From the NCBI GenBank assembly GCA_951406725.2, contig OX597822.1:106826001-106890000 (forward strand): a stretch of DNA of 64,000 bases. Reading direction: 5' to 3'. The notes under the pieces were generated by a model. The model was not told the DNA's origin. It was given only the letters and a program-made list of their open reading frames with translations, and made no database searches. A program made the translations under genes and the position numbers. The stretch comes from Octopus vulgaris (lineage: Eukaryota). Below, one piece after another: positions 42,826 through 55,485 of the stretch (position 1 is its first letter; each line of letters starts with the position of its first letter).

Positions 42826-44746
42826 TTAATAATAATACGATTTATTATTATCGTCATCGTTGCCCTCTCTGTCGTCGCTGCTATCTTCGCCATAGTCGTG
42901 GTGGTGGTGGTGGTCGTCGTCGTCGCCGTCCCCCTTCTCCTCCTTCGTTCTCCTCCTTCCTCCTCCCCTCTTCCTCCTCCACCCTCATTCTCCTCCTCCT
43001 CCTTCTCCCCCTTAGTGTTATTGTAAGCGCTGCTGGCCTGTTTCTGTCCTGTTTTCAGATCATTCTCGAAAGCATTGAATTTCACAGTTGCATGAAATAA
43101 TGTTTTTTTCTTTTTTTTTTGTTTCCTTCTATGTTTAGTCTATTCTCTTACGTAGAGCTTTTGAAGAATTTTGAACTCTGCCCGTGCAGGGTCAAACGAA
43201 AAATAATGTTTGTTTGCTGAGAAATATATATATATTCTTTTTCTCTTATTTCTCGACATACATACAGAAAATGGCTACGGGAAATAACAACAACAACAAC
43301 AACCTTAAAGAGAAAAAACAGTGGAAACAGAGAGTACAAAAGAATAAAATAAACAAGAATATTATTCAACAAAACTCATGTTTCAAAAGAAATGACTTTT
43401 CTATGGACAATGGCACTTGTATGTAAAATTACACGGATTCTGATGTTTTTGGCACCAAAAATAATAACAACAACAACAATAATGACAACAACATTTGCAC
43501 GCATACAACAAGCTTTGCCAAATGAAAATAATGAAAGAAATTTGAGTGGACTAACTCTTTCATCTTTTACACACATAGCTTGGAACAGACGAGCTCAAGG
43601 CTTGCAACGTTGAGATGAAAGAAAAATAGCGCGGCTGCATTATACGAGAAAATGAGGTGCTTTTTTTATTTTTATTATTTGGAGCTTTTACAAAAGCTCA
43701 AGAGAGGAGGAAAATAACCTGCGTGTGCTTCACAGAGACCTTCCTTCTGCGGTCTCACTGATACCTGGGATAAAATCTATATCGGGCGCGATAGAACATG
43801 TAACTATGTACGTGCTGTTTCCACAATTGAGGACGGAGCAAAGAGATATGCTCAGCTAGGGCGCCAAGCATCTCGTAAACTAATCCGATAGTAAGAAGGT
43901 AGAAGGGACATGTGTGTCACAGTAAAAGACGTTAGTTGAAACGTTGACTCTTTGCTCATGGTCTCCGCTGTAGTGACCGGATAGTGAACACCGATGGCAT
44001 GTTGTTAGACTATTTCAGTTGAAGTATAGGTCCTCATGGCTTCACGAGACTATAAATCGATTCTTGATTTGTGGCCAAGAAAAACTGTGACTAACCGTTC
44101 AAGATAGAAAGCTCAGATGCTGCACGCATGCCTTTTAAAGGTAATTAGAGGATCGTTAAATACAAAACAAAAACTAAAACAAAAATCAAGAAAAACTAAA
44201 AAGCCAAAACATAATTGCAGTTATGTCACGATATCTGCTTTTTTAGTTGGATAGTTTTATAAAAGAAAGATTGGGAAAAGGTGACATACCTCCGTTTATT
44301 AAAATGGATGGTTTTAAGTATGTCCTCTAATGAACAGCTAAAAGAAACTCTGTTTGATATATAGAATAATGTAGTCCTTATTAACCGAGTAGTGTATATA
44401 GGAGTATGCATGCATGGTCCCAAGTGAGGTGACAATTTGAGTTGGTGACGCAGACATTTACTGCAAGATTTGTGCTGTAATATATGGGACCGCAGAACAT
44501 GAGGGATACAGTAGGAGACACCTGAAGTGGTATTGAATCTCGACTCATCTTAACTATTGCGGCACAGTGGAGGAAGTTAATGAATACCGAAGTCACCAAA
44601 AGCACAATATGGCCACATGAGGGTCTGAATGGGCATGCAAATCCTGAGGAATCTTAACACTTACCCAAATGACAGCAAGACCCTCTTATTGCTCAGAGGA
44701 ATAGGAACTAGAGAAATAGGGAGGGAGTGAGTTACAGAGAGAGAGA

Positions 44747-44786
<40 letters not shown>

Positions 44787-45169
44787 TGGACTGCGATAAA
44801 CTAGTATACACAACAAAGAAACAAACTACTGCTCCCAGAAATCCACTGGACCTTGTCCAAGGTTAGCCTAATATCTTGTTGTTTTGTCTTCGGTATCAGA
44901 AGCCCACCAGTCAGAGGCAAAGGTCTCCTACCGAGTAGGACCACCCATTGCCTGATGATGATCAGCTCGAAGCTAAATTCAGTTCCTTCTTGGTTACTCC
45001 TTTGCCTTTCTATGACTACTAGTGACATACAACGGTTGAAACCTTAACATTTTTAACGTTATTCCTCTGTTATTAGTAATTATTTTGAAAATTATCATTA
45101 CCATGAAATGTCTCTTCATATTAAATGAAATGTCTGAGTTAAACATGTGTATATCTGACTTGTCTATTA

Positions 45170-45579
45170 GGCGGCGAACTGGCAGACACGTTAGCACACC
45201 GGGCGATATGCTTAGCGGTATTTCATCTGTCACTACGTTCTGAGTTCGAATTCCGCCGAGATCGACTTTGCCTTTAATCCTTTCGGGGTCGATTAAATAA
45301 GTACCAGTTTCGCACTGGGGTCGATGTAATCGACTTAATACCCATGTCTGTCCTTGTTTGTCCCCTCTATGTTTAGCCCCTTGTGGGTAATAAAAAAATA
45401 GAAATAGGTATTTCATCTGTCACTACGTTCTGAATTCAAATTCGACTTTGCCTTTAATCCTTTCGGGGTCGATTAAATAAGTACCAGTTTCGCACTGGGG
45501 TCGATGTAATCGACTTAATCCCTTTGTCTGTCATTGTTTGTCCTCTCTGTGTTTAGTCCCTTGTGGGTAATAAAGAAAT
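45170..45579 (+). mobile_element. SINE group B two-unit tandem within one 19-bp TSD
   Basis: atatctgacttgtctatta at 45151-45169 and 45580-45598. Confidence 0.9.
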
Positions 45580-45875
45580 ATATCTGACTTGTCTATTAAT
45601 ACCGATTGATTATTGTTATCGAAAAGAGGATTTCCAGAGGCCACAAGCCCGGTTAAGGTAAACGGAATTGAGCTAGGTGGGAGCAAGATATTCTAATAAC
45701 TAGATTGCAACAGAAACTGCTCAAATAAATCAAAGAAAACAATTTGACAATGAAGTATGCAATAAACTTGATAATGAGGTACACAAATAGTTGATAATAC
45801 CAATGTGAATAACGAAAGGCCATGGCACACTACTAAATCGAACAATCATATTCTAGCGACAAAAACATGAATTGT

Positions 45876-46418
45876 CATCATCATCATCATTGTTCGACCG
45901 TTGTCGAGACAATGGAATTTACTATGTTACACCAGACTTCACGGTCCATCAGAGCATTGCGGAGGTCCTGTTGCTGGATGCCTGTATCCCTGGAGATTAC
46001 ATCAGGGTAGGAGAGTGTGCGCCCTATGGTATCGCGAGCAGATGGCTTCCAAAGGAGAAGAGTAGAAATTACCTCGTTTTCAGCTCTGCGGCAATGTCCA
46101 GCAAACTGAACTCTTCTACCTTTCACAAGAGATGACACAGGTGGTAGTTTCCCATATATATTTGTACTTTGGTTGGATGACGCTTCCACGAGAGATTTTG
46201 AGCTCTCATAAGGAGGCGAGTGTAAGTTCCATCCAACCGCCTCTCAAGCTTCTTTGATAACGTCCAGGTTTCTGAGCCATATAGTAGAATTGGTTCGACT
46301 GTGGCTTTGAAGATTTTAAGTTTGAAATCTCTACTTAGATTTGATGACCAGATCTTATGCATATCAGGCTTTCTAGTTAGGAAATCTTTTTCAGATGATG
46401 ATATGTATGACCCAAAAG
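45876..46418 (-). mobile_element. RTE/RTEX-group LINE 3' end with (TGA)n tail
   Basis: GSYISSSEKDF...KIWSSNLSRDFKLKIFKATVEPILLYGSETWTL...RRVQFAGHCRR...MDREVW with one frameshift. The stop is followed by (tga)n. Confidence 0.88.
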
Positions 46419-46599
46419 TTTACTTAAGAAGGCAAGATAGACCAGACATTCAGGGAAGTAGAGAAATAATGTGTTTCCATTCTGGAGTATGGGTAATGTG
46501 AAGCAAGTGGGACAGGATAAACTAGGACTGTGGAATAATACTTTAATTCACTGTAAAGATGACAAACTTTATTAAAGACGTATGGTCATACTACAATAT

Positions 46600-46876
46600 C
46601 TTTTATTTTTTCACTTGCTTCTGTCATTTGACTACGGTCATGCTGGGGCACTGCCTTGAAGGGGTTTTGTAGAAGAAATCAACACCAGGACTTATTTGTT
46701 AAGCCAAGTATTTAATCTATCGGTATCTTTTGCCGAGCCGCTACGTTAGAGGGACGCAAACACACAAACACCGGTTATCAAGCGGTGGTGGGAGACAAAC
46801 ACGGTCACAAAGACACACACACACAGACACATAGATAGATACATACATATAAGAGACCAAAGTGTACGTACGCCGC

Positions 46877-46908
<32 letters not shown>

Positions 46909-47232
46909 AAATGGGATAAGAATGCAAAACCTCCAGACAGTTTGGTGATACAAGAAAGGGACGTCCCTTTCTTGTATCACCTAACTGTCTGGAGGTTTTG
47001 CGCTCTTGTCCCATTTTGTATATTTTTATATATATAGATACATACATATATACGTACATACATACGTACGTACATACATACATATATACGGTCTTCTTTC
47101 AGTTTCCGTCCACTAAATCCATTCACAAAACTTTGGTTGACCCGAGGCTATAGCAGAAGACACTTGGCCAACGTAGCATGCATTGGGACAGAACCCAGAA
47201 CCATGTGGTTGGGAAGCAAGCTTCTTACCACT
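46600..47232 (-). mobile_element. Diverged SINE group A with a palindrome inserted in its internal (TA)n
   Basis: Group A match on both sides of 46904-47020. Confidence 0.8.
46904..47020. repeat. Near-perfect loop-less palindrome (~58-bp arms)
   Basis: tacaaaatgggataaga...caagaaagggac|gtccctttcttg...tcttgtcccattttgta with few mismatches. Confidence 0.9.
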
Positions 47233-47296
47233 CAAAAATCATTTTTGAGTTGGTAGCCTAGATCCAACGGCACCATCACAATATGACTCATAATAT

Positions 47297-47530
47297 ATAT
47301 TTCTTTACTGCCCACAAGGGGCTAAACATAGAGGGGACAAACGAAGACAGACAAACGGATTAAGTCAACTACATCGACCCCAATGCGCAACTGGTACTTT
47401 ATTTATCGACCCCGAAAGGATGAAAGGTAAAGTCGACCTCGGCGGAATTTGAACTCAGGACGTAGCGACAGACGAAATACTGCTGAGTATTTCGCCCGGC
47501 GTGCTAACGTTTCTGCCAGCTCGCCGCCTT
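47297..47530 (-). mobile_element. SINE group B monomer
   Basis: Consensus match. Confidence 0.88.
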
Positions 47531-48708
47531 AATAGTCCATGTCAAATCAAAACTAGTTCAAATAACACCGATGAAAGAAAACTTTTATTTTTACTTGAAA
47601 GCCATACTAGAGGAAATACCTTGACGTAAGTTTGTAAAACTTATGGCGGCGTTAGTGACCTGTTGATACAACAAGTAAGGAAAAAATGGATGGGAGACGA
47701 TGATTGGTCAATTCTTGATAGAACTGTTGGCAGACAACGGATTGAAATTCTTAGAATTCTGTAGCAAATAAAATCACTCCATAACCAAAGTGTTTATTGA
47801 TCATAAGAAAACTCGAACATTTCTGATTGGTAACTTCGGGAACGAGATTAATTTCATCTGTTTTTGATGGAAAAAAAATCTGTTTGAAATTCGTGTGTGT
47901 TTTTCAGACGAACAGACATTGGTTCAGATGCCTGTCTCTTGAAAGTAGTTATTTCGATAAAACTGAAGAAATTTTTTCATACATACATACATACATACAT
48001 ACATACATACATACATACATACATACATACATACATACATGCATACATACATACATGATGGCTGCCCCCTCGCACGAAGCTTAACTGTTACTGACATACA
48101 TACATGCAGGTATGTATACATACATACAGGTATGTATACATAAAGAAGCAACAAAATCTTTTGTTATTAGCAAACTAAATGGAAGTAGAATTAGAGAATC
48201 GTATCAGAAAGATCTAGACTCGTTATGTCGCATTAAATGGAGAAACATATATATCAGTACTGAAGGAAATGGAAAGACATTACAATTGAGAGAACCAAAA
48301 ATAGAACAGAAATATACATAGGGAAATGTAATAACATTAGATATGGCCAGAGACGTGGGATGTTTTATAGATTAGTGACAATAATAAAGCCAAAGCAGAT
48401 ATCATAGAAAACATTAAAGAGAAGTATAAAGTAGTGGACAGAAAATTAAAGAAACTTGTTTCGAAGTTAAAGAATGTGGATAGAAAGCCAGGAAAAAAAT
48501 GTATAAAGCGCCTCGAGAAGAAATGATTAAAGAACTGTATGTAGGTAATTTATTCAATGGGATATGGAAGAAGCAATAGAAGCGTTCTTGTAAGTGGTAA
48601 AAGGGATGACAAAAGGGTTCGTAAATAAAAATAAATGGGTAGGGCATTACAAAGTGGATAATTGTTTTTACATGGGACTGATTATTTTAATGATCTTGAG
48701 ATAAATAT

Positions 48709-48938
48709 TTATTTCTTTACTACCCACATGGGGCTAAACATAGAGGGGACAAACAAGGACAAAGGGATTAAGTCGATTACATCGACCCCCAGTGCGAAAC
48801 TGGTAGTTAATTTATCGACTCCGAAAGGATGAAAGGCAAAGTCGACCTCAGCGTAATTTGAACTCAGAACGTAGCGGCAGACGAAATACGGCTACGCATT
48901 TCGCCCGGCGTGCTAACGACTCAGCCAGCTCGCCGCCT
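48709..48938 (-). mobile_element. SINE group B monomer with 16-bp TSD
   Basis: tcttgagataaatatt at 48693-48708 and 48940-48955. Confidence 0.9.
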
Positions 48939-49121
48939 TTCTTGAGATAAATATTGACGGAATCAGATGGTAGGGAGTCTGAACAGCTTGGAAATACACA
49001 CAGCTACGAGTATGGAGGGATCCCCTGATGATGAGATTCATAAATATGGGAGGGAATCTAGGGAGGTAAAGCTACTTAACTTGATCATGGTTCAAATGTG
49101 CAAAAAGTAAAAGATAAACAT

Positions 49122-49293
49122 AGACGCAGGAGTGGCTGTATGGTAAGTAGCTTGCTTACCAACCACATGGTTCCGGGTTCAGTCCCACTGCGTGTCATCT
49201 TGGGCAAGTGTCTTCTGCTATAGCCTCGGGCCGACCAATGCCTTGTGAGTGGATTTGGTAGACGGAAACTGAAAGAAGCCTGTCGTATATATG

Positions 49294-49324
<31 letters not shown>

Positions 49325-49543
49325 GTGTGTATGTTTGTGTGTCTGTGTTTGTCCCCCTAGCATTGCTTGACAACCGATGCTGGTGTGTTTATGTCCCCGT
49401 TACTTAGTGGTTCGGCAAAACAGACCAATAGAATAAGTACTGGGCTTACAAAGAATAAGTCCCGGGATCGAGTTGCTCGACTGAAGGCAGTGCTCCAGCA
49501 TGGCCGCAGTCAGCTGACTGAAACAAGTAAAAGAGTAAAAGAG
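49122..49543 (+). mobile_element. SINE group A, full length
   Basis: Consensus match. Confidence 0.92.
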
Positions 49544-50059
49544 GTGATAGAACTGCGAACAAGGTGCATTAGTTCGACACTTAGGGAAAATGGAAAAGTT
49601 TTTGACCTTTCGCGCTCACTCTCTTCGATAGAAAGGAATAAGGAAAAGAAAACGGAGGAAAAAAACAGGAGTAAATAAACGAAGAGGGAAAAATGTGTCT
49701 GGAGTAACGGTTCCACATGTCGAACTGACTTGAAAGTGATCGGGCGTGATGAGAAAATACAGGAAATTTTAAAGAAAATCACCACCTCCCTCCCCCCAGC
49801 GATCATTATGGAATTCCCGAATAATTATTATATCTCGGTTATTGATCAATCGGGAGAGGAATATCTCTGTTTGTGGTCAACAGCAGCTGCTTTCAGGTAT
49901 TATTTTGAAGAAGAGGAAGTCATTAAACGTTATTCTAATAGACCAAAAACTCTGGATTTCGATGAAAGAGATCCTGCTCTACGGCTAGATTCGTCTTGCG
50001 ACACTCAATGAAAGACCACCACCGTCGAATACAAATGACTTTCAGCCATTAATTACTCT

Positions 50060-50297
50060 ATTTTTTTTTACTTGTTTCAGTCATTTGACTGGGGCCATGC
50101 TGGAGCACCGGCTTTAGTCGAGCAAATCAACCCCAGGACTTATTCTTTGTAAGCCTAGTACTTATTCTATCGGTCTCTTTTGTAGAACCGCTAAGTTACG
50201 GGGACGTAAACACACCATCATCTGTTGTCAAGCGATGCTGGGGGGGGGGGGGCAAACACAGACACACAAATACACACACGCACACACACACACACAC

Positions 50298-50341
<44 letters not shown>

Positions 50342-50504
50342 GACGTGCTTCTTACAGTTTCCGTCTACCAAATTCGCTCACAAGGCTTTTGTCGGCCCGA
50401 AGCTAAAGTAGAAGACACTTGCCCAAGGTGACAGGCAGTGGGACTGAACCCGGAACCATGTGGCTGGTAAGCAAGTTACTTACCACACAGCCACTCCTGT
50501 GCCT
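50060..50504 (-). mobile_element. SINE group A, full length
   Basis: Consensus match on the reverse strand. Confidence 0.9.
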
Positions 50505-51600
50505 ATATAAATGTTGACTTTCTGTAGACTTTTGGCAATGTGACCAGAAATGTTACGTGGACAATCGTCAGAAATTGCAGAATACCCGAAAAATTAATAA
50601 ACATAACAGAGGCAATGTATAAATATTCAAATTATCGCCTACGCGTATTAACGAGGGAATGGCAGACCATTTTGGTATTGACGATGTTGTGGCATGTTTC
50701 CATACCTCTTCAGTTTTGTTATTGCTATTACACTGAGGCAGATTCATTGGGAAGGACACCAACTCATTAGAGACAATACAAGCTGTTACCTCATTTGGAA
50801 TTTTGTTGATATTTAGTTAATAGGGAAAGAAGAATCAAGACTATTGAAAAGGTTGCAAGGCGCAACGAAAATTTTAGGAAAATAAAAATAAGAAATAAGT
50901 GGAAATTTTACCGGTGAGTGTGTTAAATTATAAGGCACAAAAAGAAAATGACTCTCCCCAGACACAAGGGAAAGAAGAAATTTGTAAAAATGCACGAATC
51001 TGTTAAGATCACATTAGAGATGGTTGGCTTACATTGTAATGCCAACAATGAGTAAAACTATAAAAGAGTAATGTGAAGACATTATAAAGATTACAGTCAA
51101 TGTTAATGAGTTAGAAAATGTTCTTTTTTTCATCTAGGTTGTGCAGTCAGGTAAGTGTGGATGAAGGCAATGATAGGGTGGTCAATCGGAAGAGCTAGAC
51201 AGCATCGGTATGGAAAGACGACGGCGAGCTGGCAGAATCGTTAGCACGCCGGGCGAAATGCGTAGCCGTATTTCGTCTGCCGCTACGTTCTGAGTTCAAA
51301 TTCCACCGAGGTCGACTTTGCCGTTCATCCTTTCGGGGTCGATAAATTAAGTACCAGTTACGCACTGGCGTCGATGCAATCGACTTAATCCGTTTGTCTG
51401 TCCTTGTTTGTCCCCTCTGTCCTTGTTTGTCCCCTCTTTACTACTCTCTTGTGGGTAGTAAAGAAATAGGTATGGAAAGACGAAAACTAAATCTTTACAG
51501 TCCAGAATGGAGTTCGTACTTGTCTATTCTCAATGAAAAGTAGCAGGAATATGAAAACAACGAAGGGAGATTGAATACATTCTACCTACACGGGGCAGAA
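50505..51600 (+). pseudogene. Ancient RTE-group reverse transcriptase relic, interrupted by a group B SINE (51222-51468)
   Basis: NVDFL*TFGNVTRNVTWTIVRNCRIPEKLINITEAMY resembles FxDxxKAFDxVxxxxxWxxLxxxGIPxKxIxxIxxMY. SINE TSD ggtatggaaagacg at 51207-51220 and 51469-51482. Confidence 0.6.
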
Positions 51601-52050
51601 TGACCAACGTGCAAATACTTGTAAAAACAGGACAGAAGGGACTAAGAATGATGATGAGAAAATGAAATTTCAAGTAGGAAGAGAGAGTGAGCGAGAGAAA
51701 GACACCGAACTAAGTACTGGAATAGAAGCTTCATTGTTGAAAGCTAACAGTTGAAGACCAAAGCTGACGTCATAGTGAAGATATACAAAATGATCTGACA
51801 AGACACAAAACAGACGATAACGCAGACGTAGACATGATAAGCGAGACGAGATTGTTGTACGATGAAGTCCATTTTTGAAGGCGGTGAGTTCGTTTATCTT
51901 AATATTTACCATCTTTATCTTAAGAAGAGCTACTTGTATTGGATCCTACTGGTAGTAGTATACTCTATCCCTCGACCTTTCTAATTGTATATACACACAC
52001 GTAAATCTATATAATGATTTACTTGTTCTTTCACCCGTTATACTTTAGTA

Positions 52051-52408
52051 GGAGGCGCAATGGCCCAGTGGTTAGGGCAGCGGACTCGCGGTCATAGGAT
52101 CGCGGTTTCGATTCCCAGACCGGAAACACCTGAAGCTCCACGATGCTCCGGCAGGGGATGGTGGTGATCTCTGCTGTACTCTTTCACCATAACTTTCTCT
52201 CACTCTTACTTCCTGTTTCTGTTGTACCTGTATTTCAAAGGGCCGGCCTTGTCACTCTCTGTGTCACGCTGAATATCCCCGAGAACTACGTTAGGGGTAC
52301 ACGTGTCTGTGGAGTGCTCAGCCACTTACACTTTAATTTCACAAGCAGGCTGTTCCGTTGATTCGGATCAACCGGAACCCTCGTCGTCGTAACCGACGGA
52401 GTGCTTCC
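52051..52408 (+). mobile_element. SINE group C, young (tRNA-like head; candidate octopus OR-type SINE)
   Basis: A-box tggcccagtggttagggc, B-box ggtttcgattccc, flanking repeat atactttagt. Confidence 0.88.
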
Positions 52409-52534
52409 ATCCATACTTTAGTTAGAGAGCCGGAGGTGGAGTGAGTGAGAGGTAGAGTAAAAGCGTGAGAAAGTGGTGGAGGAATGTGAGGAGAGAAGAA
52501 AGAAGTGGAGGAAAAGTAGAGAAAGATGTATATA

Positions 52535-52952
52535 TATTTCTTTACTACCGACAAGGGGCTAAACACAGAGGCGACAAACGAGGACAGACAAACGGATTAA
52601 GTCGATTACATCGACCCCAGTGCGTAACTGGTACTTAATTTATCGACCACGAAAGGATGAAAGGCAAAGTCGACCTCGGTGGAATTTGAACTCAGAACAT
52701 AACGGCAGACGAAATACCTATTTCTTTACTACCCACAAGGAGCTAAATACAGATAGGACAAACAAGGACAGACAAACGGATTAAGTCGATTACATCGGCA
52801 CCAGTGCGTAGCTGGTACTTATTTAATCGACCCCCGAAAGGATGAAAGGCAAAGTCGACCTTGGCGGAATTTGAACTCAGAACGCAGCGGCGGACGAAAT
52901 GCCGCAAAGCATTTCGCCCGGCTGTGCCAACGTTTCTGCCAGCTCGCCGCCT
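52535..52952 (-). mobile_element. SINE group B two-unit tandem within one TSD
   Basis: aaagtagagaaagatgtatata at ~52512-52533 and ~52953-52974. Confidence 0.9.
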
Positions 52953-53047
52953 AAAGTAGAGAAAGATGTATATAATAAGGCCAAATTCGTCACCTGGTTA
53001 GTTGAAGGGTGAGGCCTTCACTATAAATAGATATGTGAAGTTAGGGT

Positions 53048-53348
53048 ATGAAGTTAGTGGTTAGGGAGTTCGGCTCGCAATCATTAGGTTGTGAGTTCAA
53101 TTACCCGGTGATGCGTTGTGTCCTTGAGCAAGACACTTTATTTGAATTTGGTCTAGCCCACTCAGCTGGCAAAAATGAATAATACCTGTATTTTAAAGGG
53201 CCAGCCTTGTCTCATTCTGTGTCACGCTGAATCTCTCTGAGATCTACGTTAGGCGTACATGTGGAGGGCTCAGCCACATGCACATTCATTTCACGATCGG
53301 AGGATCGGATCAACTGGAACCCTCGTCGTCGTAAGCGACGGAGTGCCA
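53048..53348 (+). mobile_element. SINE group C, diverged
   Basis: tagtggttagggagttcggctcgc...gtgtccttgagcaagacacttta...gtcgtcgtaagcgacggagtgcc. Confidence 0.8.
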
Positions 53349-53634
53349 GTTTATACATATATATATATACATATATACACACACACACACATATATATAT
53401 ACACCCCCCCATATATATATATATATGTATATATATGTATATATGTATATATATATATATATACATATATGTATATATATATACATATATATACATATAT
53501 ATATACACACACACACACATATATATATAGAGATATATATATACTCACCCACGCACACACGCATGTACGTACATAAATATATAAAGGTTTGATATGTTCA
53601 GCGTACGAAGCACTTATATTTTAAGTCCCTTATG

Positions 53635-53682
<48 letters not shown>

Positions 53683-54048
53683 TGTATGTATGTATGTACT
53701 GTATGTAGATATATAAGGAATTCATTGAACATTCTTGTCTTGTGACGATGCAGTTTGTTCTGATTCTAAAATATTCTGTCTATATCTATATCTGCATCAT
53801 CTCTGCCGCACACATACATACATCTTCACAGAAAAATCCCACTGACACACAACTGCTGCATATAGTATTATTAATTCATGTTATTAAACACGCAAATATA
53901 TTCTTACAAAGAGGAAAAACAAAATGCGCTCGACATGCTTACAATATCAAATACACATTAATTTGTTTTCCCTGCATTGACAATGAAAAACAAAAATACA
54001 AACAGACAAAAAGAATCTACGTATTCCACACCTACGCGTGTACATGCA

Positions 54049-54090
<42 letters not shown>

Positions 54091-54923
54091 CACACACATA
54101 TATGCCTACACGTATATATTAACCACTCCATAAATACTTATATATGCATAAATATACATTTACACACAGACACATATATACACATATATAGACATACTAT
54201 TATTCATTATCGTTTTCTTTCTAGTTTCTTACATGTATACACACACATACACAACACACACACAAACACACACACATATGCATACATAATACTTTACTTT
54301 CATTTATTCCCGTTTTCTTTCTACGTTCTCTCGAATATTCCTTGATCCACATGCTTCCGAATTGTCTGGAAAGCACTTAAGAAACAGATCCTCGCAGGCA
54401 ATCGGCTTAGACATCTTGTCACAGAGCATTGACAAAACCCGGATCAACTCAAAGCTAAATCAAATCTACAGATGTGCCTCTCTAGCTAACATGAAAAGCT
54501 GCATGCTGGGAACTGCAAGAATTGGACACCATATTGTTTTTATTCTTTCATTGTCTAAGCTGAGTGCATCTTCGACTGTAACATACATACTTGCAGCAAG
54601 GCCATCAAACGTATTTGCCTAACAGTGCAAATTTACTCCCAGTTCCGTTGATTCCTTTACTAAGAACGTATTGACCCTGAATCACTGATTTCTTTTAATT
54701 TTCTAAAATCGATAATATTGATTTTTCTTGTGGAATTCGATTGACAAAGAAGGTATAGCTCCGGGTTAAATATGTTTAGATATGTAGAATTTCGTTCTTA
54801 GAATACTCTGCGTTCATACCCTCCAAGAACTGTATTCTTTTTTTTTAATACCCGTTGCATCGGTAAATTTTGTTCCCGTTATAAAAACCATGTCAACTCG
54901 AATGTTTTCCCGTAATATTCCAT

Positions 54924-55150
54924 AGGTGTAGGAATGGCTGCGTGGTTAAAAATCTCGTCTTGCAGTCATGTGGTTTTCGGTAGGTCTCCATAGCGCGGCA
55001 CCTTGGGCAAGTGTTTTCCATTATAGACTCGAATTGATTAATGCCTTGTGAGTGAATTTGGTAGACAGAAAATATGTGGAAGCCGGTGTATATATATATA
55101 TATAAATTCTAGGCCTCTGATATAATCATAAAATGATTATATCCTTATAA

Positions 55151-55228
<78 letters not shown>

Positions 55229-55485
55229 AGGCACAATGGCCCAGTGGTTGGGGTAGCGGGTGAGGGTGATCCCTGCCGTAATCTTTCGCCACAGCTTTCT
55301 CTCACTCTTTCTTCTGTTGGCCTGCTCGTTTAGCCAGCGGGGTGGCCTCATTTGAAGGCTAAAACAATGCAAAGCGCATTGTGACCAGCGATGTAGTACT
55401 GGGCTCGAATTGTTCGACTAAACCGTCAAAGCGGTACCCCAGCATGGCCGCAGTCTAATGACTGAAACAAATAAAGATTAAAAGA
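54924..55485 (+). mobile_element. Diverged SINE group A split by microsatellite and a deleted group C copy (55226-55395)
   Basis: Group A head at 54924-55087 and tail at ~55396-55485. Group C head ggaggcacaatggcccagtggtt. Confidence 0.7.

Noticed and set aside
44952-44975. CTGATGA motif as a hammerhead (also 40907, 49025 and minus-strand ~62780)
   Set aside because: No correctly placed GAAA, stems or cleavage triplet. The 40907 instance is within Dong coding sequence.
49730-50011. 93-aa ORF as a host exon
   Set aside because: No recognisable family. It lies between SINEs next to a PLE-like motif and is more likely transposon debris.
52051-52125. tRNA gene
   Set aside because: A and B boxes are present, but the sequence runs into a multi-copy SINE body with TSDs. 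It is a SINE head, as are the other tRNA-like segments.
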